This document shows, piece after piece, positions 35,795 through 46,069 of a stretch of 54,960 nt of DNA. The DNA is from Candidatus Heimdallarchaeota archaeon (lineage in GTDB: Archaea > Asgardarchaeota > Heimdallarchaeia > Hodarchaeales > Hodarchaeaceae): positions 2,624,298 to 2,679,257 of the forward strand of contig CP070760.1 in NCBI GenBank assembly GCA_020348965.1. The letters run 5' to 3'. The translations under genes and the position numbers were made by a program. The notes under the pieces are model-generated. The model was given only the letters and a program-made list of their open reading frames with translations, searched no databases and was not told the origin of the DNA. Every line of letters starts with the position of its first letter. Position 1 is the first letter of the stretch.

Positions 35795-37717
35795 TTGACT
35801 GGAAAGATACATGATTACAAAGCATTGGGCTTTAAAGCAGGAATTGAAATCCATGCACAGCTATCAACCAAGAGGAAGTTATTTTGTCACTGTCCTGCAG
35901 TCTTGTCTCAAGATGACCCCCAATCGTTTGTTCAAAGAAAATTCAGGCCTGTCTTAGGAGAGATGGGAATTTTTGACCCTGCCTTATTAGTTGAGTTTGA
36001 AAAAGGACATACAATTTTTTATGAAGTTTTTGATAGTGTATGCACCTATGAATTAGACGAAACTCCACCGTTTAAGATTAATGAAGATGCACTCTATGCT
36101 AGTGTGAAATTAGCTAAAATGCTGAATTGTCATATCGTTGAAGAAACTTCTATTTGTAGAAAAAACTACTTAGATGGATCTGTTCCCTGTGGATTTCAAA
36201 GAACAGCCCTTGTTGGTTATGATGGATACATTTCGTTAAAAAAAGAACAGACTGAACTTGAAGAAAAGAAATTAGTGATATCTTGGATCTATATTGAAGA
36301 AGACGCTGCTCGTAAAGATAATGATCGAAGTAAGGATAAAAACATTTTTTTCAAGTTAGATCGTCTTGGTATACCATTGATTGAGATTGTAACAGATCAC
36401 AATTTATATTCTCCAACAGAAGTAGTATCTGCAGCAAGAACATTAGGAATGCTAATCAAATCATCAGGTATCGTACGGAAGGGGTTAGGGACTTTACGTC
36501 AGGATATTAATGTAAGTATAGCAAAAGGAGACCGAGTTGAGCTAAAAGGGATTCAACTATTGGATTTGATCCCCAATGCTATTGATCTCGAAATTCAAAG
36601 ACAGAAAGGATTGATATCCATTCAAGAGGAACTTTCCAAACGAAATATTCAACCTAAAGATATCCTTTTACAAATTTTAGATGCAACAGAAATTTTTTCT
36701 AATTCTTCTTCAAAAATGGTGCAATCTGCCTTTAAAAGAGAACAGAGAGTGTTTCTACTTCCAATAGCTGGATTTAATGGACTATTAGGAAGAAAACTAC
36801 AACCAAATAAGCGATTTGGAACAGAGCTCTCTGATCGTGTGAAGGCATTCACTAATCTAAAAGGGATAATCCATTCTGATGAAGATTTGATGAAATATAA
36901 TTTCTCTGAGAAAGAAATTCAAAAATTATCACGATATATACGGGAAGAAGATGCCTATGTCATTGTTATAGGAAAGAAAGAAGAGGCTGAAAAAGCACTT
37001 ACTTGTGTTCATGAAAGAATAATTGCAGCTATTCAAGGAGTTCATCCAGAGACACGGCAAGTTGACTCTGAGGGTATCTCTACGTTTACACGAGATTTAC
37101 ATGGTAGAAGTAGATTATACCCAGATACAGATCTTCCCCCGTTAGTAATTGATCCAAAGAGAGTCAAAATCATTCAAGAAAGCCTCCCTGAACATTTTTG
37201 GGATCGCATTGATAAAATTTCTAAGAAATATTCCATTACTGAAAGTGTTGCCGAGGACTTAGTATATAAAGATAGAGCTGATGTTTTTGAAAAATTAATG
37301 CAAAAAAAGGCTCCCTTAAAGACAGTTATAACAACATTGACCCAAACGCTGACTGCTATTTCGAGAGAGGGCGTTAATATCGATGAAATAACAGACGACC
37401 ACTTAATGGAAATCTTTAGGGAATTAAGGTCCAAGAGAGTTGCTAAGGAAGCAATTCCTGAAATTATTATCCAATTAGGAACCGATTCCAGGAGATCTGT
37501 CAAAGAAATTGTAAGTAAATTCGGTGGAGGGATGTCTGAAGAGGAACTGAACCAATTAATTGTTAAAATTCTTAATAAATCTCGATCTCTGATTAAGGAA
37601 CGTGGAATGGATGCTTTTTCTCCTTTGATGGGTTTAGTAATGAAAGATGCCCGTGGAAAAATAGACGGTAAGATTGTAAGTGATACATTGCGTAAATTAT
37701 TGAAAGAAAGAGTTTAA
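35795..37717 (+). CDS. gatE: Glu-tRNA(Gln) amidotransferase subunit E
   Basis: DYKALGFKAGIEIHAQL start, GatB/E core, archaeal insertion domain. TTG start. Followed by gatD. Confidence 0.9.
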   Translation: MTGKIHDYKALGFKAGIEIHAQLSTKRKLFCHCPAVLSQDDPQSFVQRKFRPVLGEMGIFDPALLVEFEKGHTIFYEVFDSVCTYELDETPPFKINEDALYASVKLAKMLNCHIVEETSICRKNYLDGSVPCGFQRTALVGYDGYISLKKEQTELEEKKLVISWIYIEEDAARKDNDRSKDKNIFFKLDRLGIPLIEIVTDHNLYSPTEVVSAARTLGMLIKSSGIVRKGLGTLRQDINVSIAKGDRVELKGIQLLDLIPNAIDLEIQRQKGLISIQEELSKRNIQPKDILLQILDATEIFSNSSSKMVQSAFKREQRVFLLPIAGFNGLLGRKLQPNKRFGTELSDRVKAFTNLKGIIHSDEDLMKYNFSEKEIQKLSRYIREEDAYVIVIGKKEEAEKALTCVHERIIAAIQGVHPETRQVDSEGISTFTRDLHGRSRLYPDTDLPPLVIDPKRVKIIQESLPEHFWDRIDKISKKYSITESVAEDLVYKDRADVFEKLMQKKAPLKTVITTLTQTLTAISREGVNIDEITDDHLMEIFRELRSKRVAKEAIPEIIIQLGTDSRRSVKEIVSKFGGGMSEEELNQLIVKILNKSRSLIKERGMDAFSPLMGLVMKDARGKIDGKIVSDTLRKLLKERV

Positions 37718-37739
37718 TGTATATTTTGAGGCGATATTG

Positions 37740-39077
37740 ATGAAATCAGAAGAGACATTCATTGGCTATAAAGGTACTACTTTAAAATGGATGAAAAATC
37801 AGAGCTTAAAGGTCTGGGATGAAATAGAGATCATTAAAGAGGGAACTTCTTTGAAAGGAGTGATTTTACCTAGAAGTGAACTTGCAGATCCAAATTTCAT
37901 AAGTCTAAAATTGCCCACTGGTTACAATATCGGATTCGATCCTATAAAAACCAAGAAGATCAAAAAAATAGGGCATTTTGAGGCCAAATACCGAATTCCA
38001 AAAACGGAGATTAGCCAAAAACCTAATTTGCCATTAATTCCTATATTGGGTTGTGGAGGGACAATAGCGTCCCGATTAGATTATCAGACTGGAGGCACAA
38101 TTCCTGCTTTGAGTCCTGAGGAGCTCTTCTCCTCATTTCCAGAAATTGCAGACCTAGCTCGGGTCGAAACACACCTTCTTTTTGAGATTTTTTCAGAGAA
38201 CCTTAATTTTGATCATTACGAGAGAATTTTAAAAGCAATTGACGATATAATCAAGACTAGGAGTCCACAAGGAATTGTTTTAACACATGGCACTGACACA
38301 ATGGCATTTACCGCCTCCGCTCTTACTTTTGCTATCAACAATCCTCCTATTCCAATTGTGATCACTGGGTCACAAAGATCTTCGGATCGTCCTTCTTCAG
38401 ACGCTTTTTTCAATCTATATAATTCTGTTTTATATGCAGCTTCTCCCAGAGCCAGAAAACAAGTAGTTATTATTATGCATGAAGAATCCTCAGACACTTC
38501 ATGCACCATTCATACGGGTACTCGGGTTCGCAAAATGCATAGCAGCCGACGTGACACCTTTAAGACGATTGGCGAGAGCCCATTGGGTAGAATAATCAAT
38601 GGTAAGATCCAATATTCAAGAAAAGATAAGGTCATTGAATCAAAAGATAGTCATTATCATGTAAGCACGAAGTTCGAAAGAATGGTGGGATTGATCAACC
38701 ATTATCCAGGTATCCAATCCGATGTGATAGATTTCTATGTTAATGCTGGATATAAAGGGCTAGTTCTAGCAGGAACGGGCCTTGGCCACTTTTCCTCAAA
38801 TTTGATCCCAGTTATCAGAAAAGCTGTTAATAATGGCTTGATTGTTGTAATGACCACACAATGTTTACAAGGTTTTACAGGTTTATCCGTTTATGAGAAC
38901 GGAAGACAACTCCAAAAAGCAGGTGTCATTCCTTTATCGAATATTCTCCCCGAAATTGCATATATTAAACTTGCTTATCTCTTAGGAAACTACCGAGAAA
39001 GTGAAAAAATTAAGGAATTGATGAAGATGAACCTGAAAGGGGAAATTAAATCTCGTGAAAGATTTTGCGAGTTTTGA
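37740..39077 (+). CDS. gatD: Glu-tRNA(Gln) amidotransferase subunit D (asparaginase-like)
   Basis: GCGGTIAS and HGTDTM asparaginase motifs. Confidence 0.9.
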   Translation: MKSEETFIGYKGTTLKWMKNQSLKVWDEIEIIKEGTSLKGVILPRSELADPNFISLKLPTGYNIGFDPIKTKKIKKIGHFEAKYRIPKTEISQKPNLPLIPILGCGGTIASRLDYQTGGTIPALSPEELFSSFPEIADLARVETHLLFEIFSENLNFDHYERILKAIDDIIKTRSPQGIVLTHGTDTMAFTASALTFAINNPPIPIVITGSQRSSDRPSSDAFFNLYNSVLYAASPRARKQVVIIMHEESSDTSCTIHTGTRVRKMHSSRRDTFKTIGESPLGRIINGKIQYSRKDKVIESKDSHYHVSTKFERMVGLINHYPGIQSDVIDFYVNAGYKGLVLAGTGLGHFSSNLIPVIRKAVNNGLIVVMTTQCLQGFTGLSVYENGRQLQKAGVIPLSNILPEIAYIKLAYLLGNYRESEKIKELMKMNLKGEIKSRERFCEF

Positions 39078-39227
39078 TAGAACGAATTAAGATGATTTTT
39101 GAGTACTAACAATACCTCTATTATGAAAAGGTTTTTATTTTTACACGGATGAGGATATAATTGAAATCTTACGGTGTTTAAAGACAATCACAAGTTTCAC
39201 TCAATAAGCTTGATTTAGGGCTTATTT

Positions 39228-39782
39228 TTGACTAAACCGAAAGGAGATATTAAATTGAACAACACCGAATTTCGTACTTCTACTTCTATTGCCTCCGAGA
39301 TAAATAGGTTGGTACGCGAAATAGAAAACCGTCGTTCCCTTGCCTCGGATTTTTACGAGGAATTACGGGAGCATGCTTCATACTTGAAGACCGTTACCAG
39401 TGGGTCTGATAGTGTGGATGAGAAAAAAAGACGATTCAAAAGAATTGGTGCGCTCCTTGAAGAACTCAAAGAGTATTATTGGGACCTGACGGATTTACTT
39501 ACAGAGTTGAATGGAATTGAAATTCTTGAATCAAATCTAATTGAACATGGAGCTCAATTATCTCGAGATCTCGTTGGGATTCTCAAACAAATGGAACCCA
39601 TAGCACGGAATACCTATAAATCACTGCATTCCAATGAACTTGGATCCGTCGGTAATGAACTCTCTTCGGTTATAGAGAACTCGAAATTTTTGGAATTAAA
39701 TGAGGTGTTGACAAAGTTATTTATCGAGATTGATCAGAGATCAAGTCAGCTTAAGGATCTAAAACACAAAAGAATTTTATAA
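39228..39782 (+). CDS. Hypothetical helical/coiled-coil protein
   Basis: ORF only, with a TTG start. No motif. Confidence 0.35.
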   Translation: MTKPKGDIKLNNTEFRTSTSIASEINRLVREIENRRSLASDFYEELREHASYLKTVTSGSDSVDEKKRRFKRIGALLEELKEYYWDLTDLLTELNGIEILESNLIEHGAQLSRDLVGILKQMEPIARNTYKSLHSNELGSVGNELSSVIENSKFLELNEVLTKLFIEIDQRSSQLKDLKHKRIL

Positions 39783-39853
39783 GGTATTTTTGTAAGATAG
39801 TTTGAGACAAAAGTACCTTTTTATTTATCTTTTCACGAAGTCCAATTATTTTA

Positions 39854-40453
39854 TTATTCAATGACTGGTTCGCCACATGATGGACATGAAAATGCACCTG
39901 GTGGTATACTAGCTCCACAACGGTTGCAGGTCCATACCTCTTTAGTTTTTGAGGCATCCCAGGCTTTTCTTGTTGGTTTTGGTTTAACAGTTTCCTTCAC
40001 TTTTGTAGCACTACCAGTTGCATAAGCAGCTATGCATGCTGCTAAGGCACATGCTGCAGTTCCCAAAATAAATTGTGATAACGCAGTTGATTCTTCCAAT
40101 AAGCTCAGATTAAAAATTGATAGGAATCCTGCTCCTATAATCGTTCCAAAAACCCCTGCCACAGCACCCCAGAAACCATTTTTAGCCCTAACTCCAGCAA
40201 TCAAACCTGAAAGTAACCAAGCAACCAAGACGGCCATAAAGGATACTAAAGTATCAGCAGATAAAAACATGCCTTCAAACATGCTCGTTACGACCCCATT
40301 AACATCTAAAGTAGTTAACGAAGCAGCATTTCTGGGATCAAGTATCAACTGAGAAAGTTCTAACACCGATAAACCGACAGTAATTACAAGAAAAGTATTA
40401 TAAATGGGATTGGTCTGTTTTGCTGAATGCTCTCTATACCTTCTACTTGACAT
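39854..40453 (-). CDS. Multi-pass membrane protein with C-terminal zinc ribbon
   Basis: Gly/Ala-rich TM helices, then CNRCG-x10-CPSCG. Trimmed to ATG 40453. Confidence 0.5.
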   Translation of the reverse strand: MSSRRYREHSAKQTNPIYNTFLVITVGLSVLELSQLILDPRNAASLTTLDVNGVVTSMFEGMFLSADTLVSFMAVLVAWLLSGLIAGVRAKNGFWGAVAGVFGTIIGAGFLSIFNLSLLEESTALSQFILGTAACALAACIAAYATGSATKVKETVKPKPTRKAWDASKTKEVWTCNRCGASIPPGAFSCPSCGEPVIE

Positions 40454-40646
40454 AATAATCCATCCTAGCAAGTATAAAAATCAATATTGTTTCCTTTTTA
40501 TGGTTTTTTAGCTTGAATGCTTAAAAGAGATTAAGACTACGATCATTAATAAATATACCTAGATTGGCTTGATAGTCAGAAGATAGGGTTCTATTATAGA
40601 ATTACGATTCAACTGAGAAAGGAGCCGTTGTTTAGGCTTGAATAAA

Positions 40647-42701
40647 ATGTCTAGTTTAGATATTTATGCCATTTCAAAAGAGCTACAGGGAATAATAGGG
40701 TACAGAGTAGATAATGTCTATCGTGATTTATCAGATACCTTATTTCTTTTCAAATTCAAAGGAAAAGGCCCATATAAGAGTCCATTTCTTCTTATCGAAC
40801 CAGGAATACGATTACATCTGACAGAGGTGAAATATCAAGTTCCTGAACGGCCCTCCGACAAGATTGTAGGAATGAGAAGCCACCTCAAGGGAGCTGAAGT
40901 GACTGGGATACGTCAAATCGATTTTGATCGAATAGTGGAGATTTCATTAAGAGGAAAACAACAATATCAAATTTTTATTGAGATATTTGGGAACCGTCCA
41001 AATTTAGTGATTGTTGGGGATCAAAACAGAGTAATATCAGCACTTTGGTATAAAAAAATGCGTCATCGTGATTTATTACCAGGGAAAGAATTCGAACTAC
41101 CTCCTAGTCGGGGAAAATCAATTCTAGATATGAATAATGAAGAAATTAAACAGATTGTTAAAATGAAAGAAATCGAAAAAGAGAAAATCATAAGGACATT
41201 AGCTCAAAAGGCAGGAGGAGGAGGAAGATTAATGGAGGAAGTGCTAGCACGAGCCAACATTCCCAAAGATAAAATGAATGAAGATATTCGTGAGGAAGAA
41301 TTTAATAGGATCAAAAAAGCCACAATGGGAATTAAAAGGGACTTAGAGAAATTAAAGCCTTCAGTAGCTTTTGATTCCAATGAAAAACCAATATCTTTTC
41401 AACCAATTGACCTGATTACAATTTCAGGACAAGTTCAATATTTTGAGAGCTTCTCATTAGCAATGGATTATTATTATACAAATATTACCCCTAAAACGTC
41501 TGCAGACCTTAAACGGTATGATCAGAAGAAAAAAAGGCTTCTTAAAGTGTTAGAGGCTCAAAAACAGACTATTGAAGGTTTTGAAATAAAGAAAAAGTAT
41601 TATAAGGAGCTAGGAGACAAGATTTACCTTCAATTAAATGAAATGGACGAATTATTATCTACAATCTTGACAGCAAGGAAAAAAAATATTGATTGGCCCG
41701 AAATTCAGAATAAATTAGCACATGCGAAAGAAAATGGAGTACCATCGGCAAGAATTCTTGAAAAAATTTTTCCAGAAAGAGGTGTTATTCGTCTCAATCT
41801 AGATTCGGAAATAATCGAAGTAGATTTCAGAAAACCTGCAAGCGAGATTGCAAATGGGTATTACCAGCGTGCAAAAAAAGCTGCGAGAAAAATTGCACCT
41901 GCTAAGGAGGCAATACTTGAAACTGAAAGAAAAATTGATCTCCTATCTAAGGACATAACTGTACAGCGAAAAGAAGAAAGCATTTCTTTGAAACGAAGAA
42001 AACGAAAATGGTATGAGAAATATCATTGGACAAAAACTCAAAACAGATTTCTAGTAATAGGTGGTAGGGATGTTAATAGCAATGTAGAAATAGTAAAACG
42101 ACGAATGAAGGAGGAAGATTTCTTCTTTCATGCAGAAATACGTGGAGCTCCATATACCATTTTAATTCGTGACAGTAGTGATCAAAAACCTGAAGATCTA
42201 GACCTTAATGAAGCTGCACTTCTTGCAGCTACATTTTCTAGTGGATGGAAAGAAGGTTACGGAGCAGTAGATGTATATTATGTACCAGCCAGAAATACCA
42301 GTTTTACAGCTCCAAGTGGAGAATACATACCGAAGGGAGGAATAATGGTTCGAGGGACCCGAAAATATGTTCGGGGAGTAGAAATGGCTTTAACACTTGG
42401 GATTCAGCTAAATAAGTTTAACGCATCAGTTATATATGGGTCTGAAGAAACCATACGATCACAAAGTCCGATTACTATTACTATCAAGCCTGGTTCTGTA
42501 AGTAAAGGGAAAATAGCTAAACATATTCGTCACATTTTCATTGAAAAAACAGAAATCCCAGAGAACAAAGCTAAAATCAAAGCAATTGACCTAAATGAAT
42601 TTGTACACGCAATTCCCCATAATTCTGAAATTATTAAAGTAGAATATGGATTGATAAAGGAAAATTCGATAGATTACATGAAATCGTCTTCAGAAGATTG
42701 A
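40647..42701 (+). CDS. NFACT-family protein (Rqc2/NEMF/FbpA homolog, ribosome quality control)
   Basis: NFACT-N start (SSLDIYAISKELQ), central coiled coil, NFACT-R/DUF814 (FFFHAEIRGAPYTILIR). Confidence 0.85.
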   Translation: MSSLDIYAISKELQGIIGYRVDNVYRDLSDTLFLFKFKGKGPYKSPFLLIEPGIRLHLTEVKYQVPERPSDKIVGMRSHLKGAEVTGIRQIDFDRIVEISLRGKQQYQIFIEIFGNRPNLVIVGDQNRVISALWYKKMRHRDLLPGKEFELPPSRGKSILDMNNEEIKQIVKMKEIEKEKIIRTLAQKAGGGGRLMEEVLARANIPKDKMNEDIREEEFNRIKKATMGIKRDLEKLKPSVAFDSNEKPISFQPIDLITISGQVQYFESFSLAMDYYYTNITPKTSADLKRYDQKKKRLLKVLEAQKQTIEGFEIKKKYYKELGDKIYLQLNEMDELLSTILTARKKNIDWPEIQNKLAHAKENGVPSARILEKIFPERGVIRLNLDSEIIEVDFRKPASEIANGYYQRAKKAARKIAPAKEAILETERKIDLLSKDITVQRKEESISLKRRKRKWYEKYHWTKTQNRFLVIGGRDVNSNVEIVKRRMKEEDFFFHAEIRGAPYTILIRDSSDQKPEDLDLNEAALLAATFSSGWKEGYGAVDVYYVPARNTSFTAPSGEYIPKGGIMVRGTRKYVRGVEMALTLGIQLNKFNASVIYGSEETIRSQSPITITIKPGSVSKGKIAKHIRHIFIEKTEIPENKAKIKAIDLNEFVHAIPHNSEIIKVEYGLIKENSIDYMKSSSED

Positions 42702-43327
42702 TCTTCTTCTGGTTGTAACTCCATACATGCTGGACAAAGCGTATAACCATTAGTTGTTTTGAGGTTATCTGAATAATTGCTGCAATCATCACAAAAACCT
42801 TGAAACTTGATAGAAGATCGGTTTGCTTCGTTCGGGGGCATTTTTTTGATGGTTTCAATGAGAAGACGTTCTCTATGAATTCGGAGGAGCCCTGGAGCAA
42901 ATTTTAGTATATCATTTGTTGAAACAATTCCCAACGGTTGTGAAAGGTCACTCCCTTCAACAACTAAAATTCTTTCAATATTTTCTTGAGCCATTATGAG
43001 CATTGTATTCTCTAGGGTTTCATCTTCAGAGACAAATGTAACTGGTTTACTCATGACATCATCAACTAAAACGATTCCAGGATCTAATGCACGACTCACG
43101 ACACGATTAATTATGTCTCCTTTTGTTATTATTCCTTCAATTTCTTTATTTTTAATTATTATTGAACCAACCTGATTCTTTAACATCAACTTTGCCGCTT
43201 CTGTTACAGGACGATTAGATGGCATTGATATTATTTCTTTACTTTGTTTAGAGACAATCGCCATATTAGTCTTGAGTAGATTCCCTATTAAAACTTCTTT
43301 TCCGTTATCAATCAACCCTAGATTCAC
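42674..43327 (-). CDS. CBS-domain pair protein with C-terminal zinc ribbon
   Basis: Two CBS repeats, then CDDC...CPAC. Convergent 28-nt overlap with the NFACT gene. Confidence 0.7.
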   Translation of the reverse strand: MNLGLIDNGKEVLIGNLLKTNMAIVSKQSKEIISMPSNRPVTEAAKLMLKNQVGSIIIKNKEIEGIITKGDIINRVVSRALDPGIVLVDDVMSKPVTFVSEDETLENTMLIMAQENIERILVVEGSDLSQPLGIVSTNDILKFAPGLLRIHRERLLIETIKKMPPNEANRSSIKFQGFCDDCSNYSDNLKTTNGYTLCPACMELQPEEDQSSEDDFM

Positions 43328-43462
43328 CTGAAGAAATTAATTCAAATTTCGTTCTCTGTTCTTCGTGAAGATGTTTTAATCTAAGTTCTATCTTCTTTTC
43401 AACTAAAAAAACCTTTGCATTAGTGATAGTTGAATTTTCTTCTTTCTGGAAGAAGACATTGT

Positions 43463-46069
43463 TTATGCAAGTTTTGTTGGACGTGGCCCCTTGTCAAATA
43501 ATAATCGTTTATTTAGTTCAATAAGTTCAACCCAGGATTGGCAATACTCCGAGATATCGGAATTATATTTATCTTTCAACTGGTTAATGATCTGTAAATA
43601 TCTTAAAACCCATCCTTTTGATAATGTCAGTCCTAGTGTTTGACGGTGACATACAGGACAATTCGTGAGAGGTACACGTCTAAATGTTGTGTTACAGGTG
43701 TTACAGCGTACAGGTTGAAGGAAAAAACGATTTATTGAAGAGGTAATTTTTGGGAGGAAATCATTTTCCAATATATTATCAACAAACTCCCCTTCCTTTA
43801 CTCCACGAATTCGGCCGAGAACTCGCAATTCTGTCTCGATTTTAGATACTATCTTGCTTTCACGGAAACGGTTTTCAAAGCTATAACGAGTGATATTATC
43901 AATTGTATGTAAGAAGGATAAAGAGGGTGTTAGATATGACAAATTATAAGATAATAATTCTTCTACTAGCGGATTATCGTTTAGAGTCTGATAAAACAGA
44001 AGATTCATTGATATTGAACTGTAATTAGCAAAAAAAGAAAGTTCTTCCCATTTGTCAGTAAAATTAATTATAGAAGGAACATCCATTCCCCCTCCTCTTG
44101 CTGCTGGAATGAATTCAGATGAAAAATTGAGAAAAACATCTAAAAGGAGTGTTATTGAATCAATGTCTCCATTACAATTTCGAGTTTTTAACAGATGCCA
44201 GAGCGGATGGGCATAAGCAACATTATTTTCAGTAAAACCAATAATCCTACCCAAAATAGCAACCATTGAAAATGGTGAAAGTCCCACTATCAAAGAACCA
44301 ATAAGATTATTCAGTGATTTTTTTCCATAATAGGGAGAAAGGCCGTATAACAGATCCAATTCATCATCAATGAACTTGGATAATTTAATCAGATATTTTC
44401 CTGCTGTTTTACTAATTATTGTATCATATGGATAGATTTCTATCAATTGATCTTCTTGAGTTAAATCTTCTCCAAAAATATCGTGAGAATAACCAAGGCG
44501 GCGAAGTTTCTTAAGAGAGGTTTGAATTTCCTTAGGAGTAAAATGGGTTAAAGGCGCGTTAGTTAGATCAAAACGAGTAGTCCCATCTTTGTACACAAAA
44601 ATCTCATGCTTCGCCCGTAATATTCCTTTTATAAGATGTTCTGGAATACGGTTCTTACTATTTAAAAAGGAAACGCCTTTAATCTTCTTCAAATCCAGAG
44701 GACCAGTATTTTGGAACCCAGATTCTAGTAAACCTGAAATATCAATAGGTTTATTTCTTGCCGAGTATGCATATTGTCCACATTCGCTACATTCTCTTGT
44801 TTCAGAAATGTGGCCCTTCTTACAGACATATTTTTGTACTGTTTTTTGATGACACTTAGGACAATAAGAAACAAAGATGAAATTATCACATGAAGAACAG
44901 TACCTTTCTGAAATTTGAATATTAACTGTCCTTTCTTTTTTAGCTTTTAAAAGATCTTTCTGAGGTCCCCCATAAGATCCAATAGGAAAAAGAACATGAG
45001 CTGGAGGATTTATGTGGCGAGCTTCGGCTTTTTCTACTCGAATGATCTTTAGACCCATTCGTCGATGGCATAATGATCTTACAGGTATTTTTGTAAGTTC
45101 ATGAATGATTTCTTCAATTTGCATTGATGATTTCGATAGTAGATGAGTTAATTGATCTTCTTTTCCTCTCAAACTGAATGTAAAGGGTTGAAATCGTATT
45201 GCTTTAACTTCATTATTGACAATAGAAAATGGAACCCCTAGCTGTCTTAAAATGTTCTTCAAGGCTTCATTATTTGGTAGTACGTCATCTTTCGTGTCGT
45301 TTATCTTTTGGATTAGTCTTATTAAATCACTTATGGCAATTTCGTTCCAATTAAACGAATAATACGGATGAATGGGTACGGCAGTTATGCTACATAAAGC
45401 GAGAGCTGTTTCAGGAGAAGGATGATAAAGGGTTGGTTCTTCTAATATTTGTGTAAGGTCTTTAAAAGAAATATCAATATTTTTAGCAAGACTCTCAAGT
45501 GTTCCTAATTTTAGAAGGGCGGCATATTTTGTTTCTTGGACCCACCATTCCTCTGTCCATCCTGATAGTTCAATAGTCTCAGTTGTAGGAATATCATCTG
45601 GTGAAAGTAAAATATCTCCCATTTCCCAAATCTGAACTATTTGATTTTCTAATTCATATAATCTTGTTAATGATTCTATTCTTTCCGTTGATCCGTCTCT
45701 TAGTTCTACGAAAGGACCTGTTAACGTGGAAACAGGAAAAATTGTGATAGGTCGATCCATAACGTCTATTTTTATACTAGTACCTGGAGAAAGCATTTCC
45801 GAAATATACATTGTGGCAGGATGCATACCTGCAGCACCTAATCCAGTATTACGTGAAGAACCATATCTTAATCGAAATCCTCCTGGTTTTCTTGATTTTG
45901 ATAGCAGGGGTTGTGTTCCACGCACTTCCATTGAACCAAATTCATGTTTTTCTCTTATGACCCTTTCAAAAGGAGGTTTTAACCAATCCCATTCGGGAAT
46001 TCCTGAAATCAATCGTCTATGCGAGATTGAATTTATGTTTTCTACTACTCTTTCGAGAGCTACACACAT
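43463..46069 (-). CDS. polC: DNA polymerase D large subunit DP2, C-terminal 868-aa portion
   Basis: KPGGFRLRYGSSR, VLFPIGSYGG, DP2 Zn fingers (CSSC..CPKC, CSECG, CNTC..CPVC), AHPLWHLLKTRNCNGDIDSITLLLDVFLNFS...RGGGMD. Confidence 0.85.
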   Translation of the reverse strand: MCVALERVVENINSISHRRLISGIPEWDWLKPPFERVIREKHEFGSMEVRGTQPLLSKSRKPGGFRLRYGSSRNTGLGAAGMHPATMYISEMLSPGTSIKIDVMDRPITIFPVSTLTGPFVELRDGSTERIESLTRLYELENQIVQIWEMGDILLSPDDIPTTETIELSGWTEEWWVQETKYAALLKLGTLESLAKNIDISFKDLTQILEEPTLYHPSPETALALCSITAVPIHPYYSFNWNEIAISDLIRLIQKINDTKDDVLPNNEALKNILRQLGVPFSIVNNEVKAIRFQPFTFSLRGKEDQLTHLLSKSSMQIEEIIHELTKIPVRSLCHRRMGLKIIRVEKAEARHINPPAHVLFPIGSYGGPQKDLLKAKKERTVNIQISERYCSSCDNFIFVSYCPKCHQKTVQKYVCKKGHISETRECSECGQYAYSARNKPIDISGLLESGFQNTGPLDLKKIKGVSFLNSKNRIPEHLIKGILRAKHEIFVYKDGTTRFDLTNAPLTHFTPKEIQTSLKKLRRLGYSHDIFGEDLTQEDQLIEIYPYDTIISKTAGKYLIKLSKFIDDELDLLYGLSPYYGKKSLNNLIGSLIVGLSPFSMVAILGRIIGFTENNVAYAHPLWHLLKTRNCNGDIDSITLLLDVFLNFSSEFIPAARGGGMDVPSIINFTDKWEELSFFANYSSISMNLLFYQTLNDNPLVEELLSYNLSYLTPSLSFLHTIDNITRYSFENRFRESKIVSKIETELRVLGRIRGVKEGEFVDNILENDFLPKITSSINRFFLQPVRCNTCNTTFRRVPLTNCPVCHRQTLGLTLSKGWVLRYLQIINQLKDKYNSDISEYCQSWVELIELNKRLLFDKGPRPTKLA

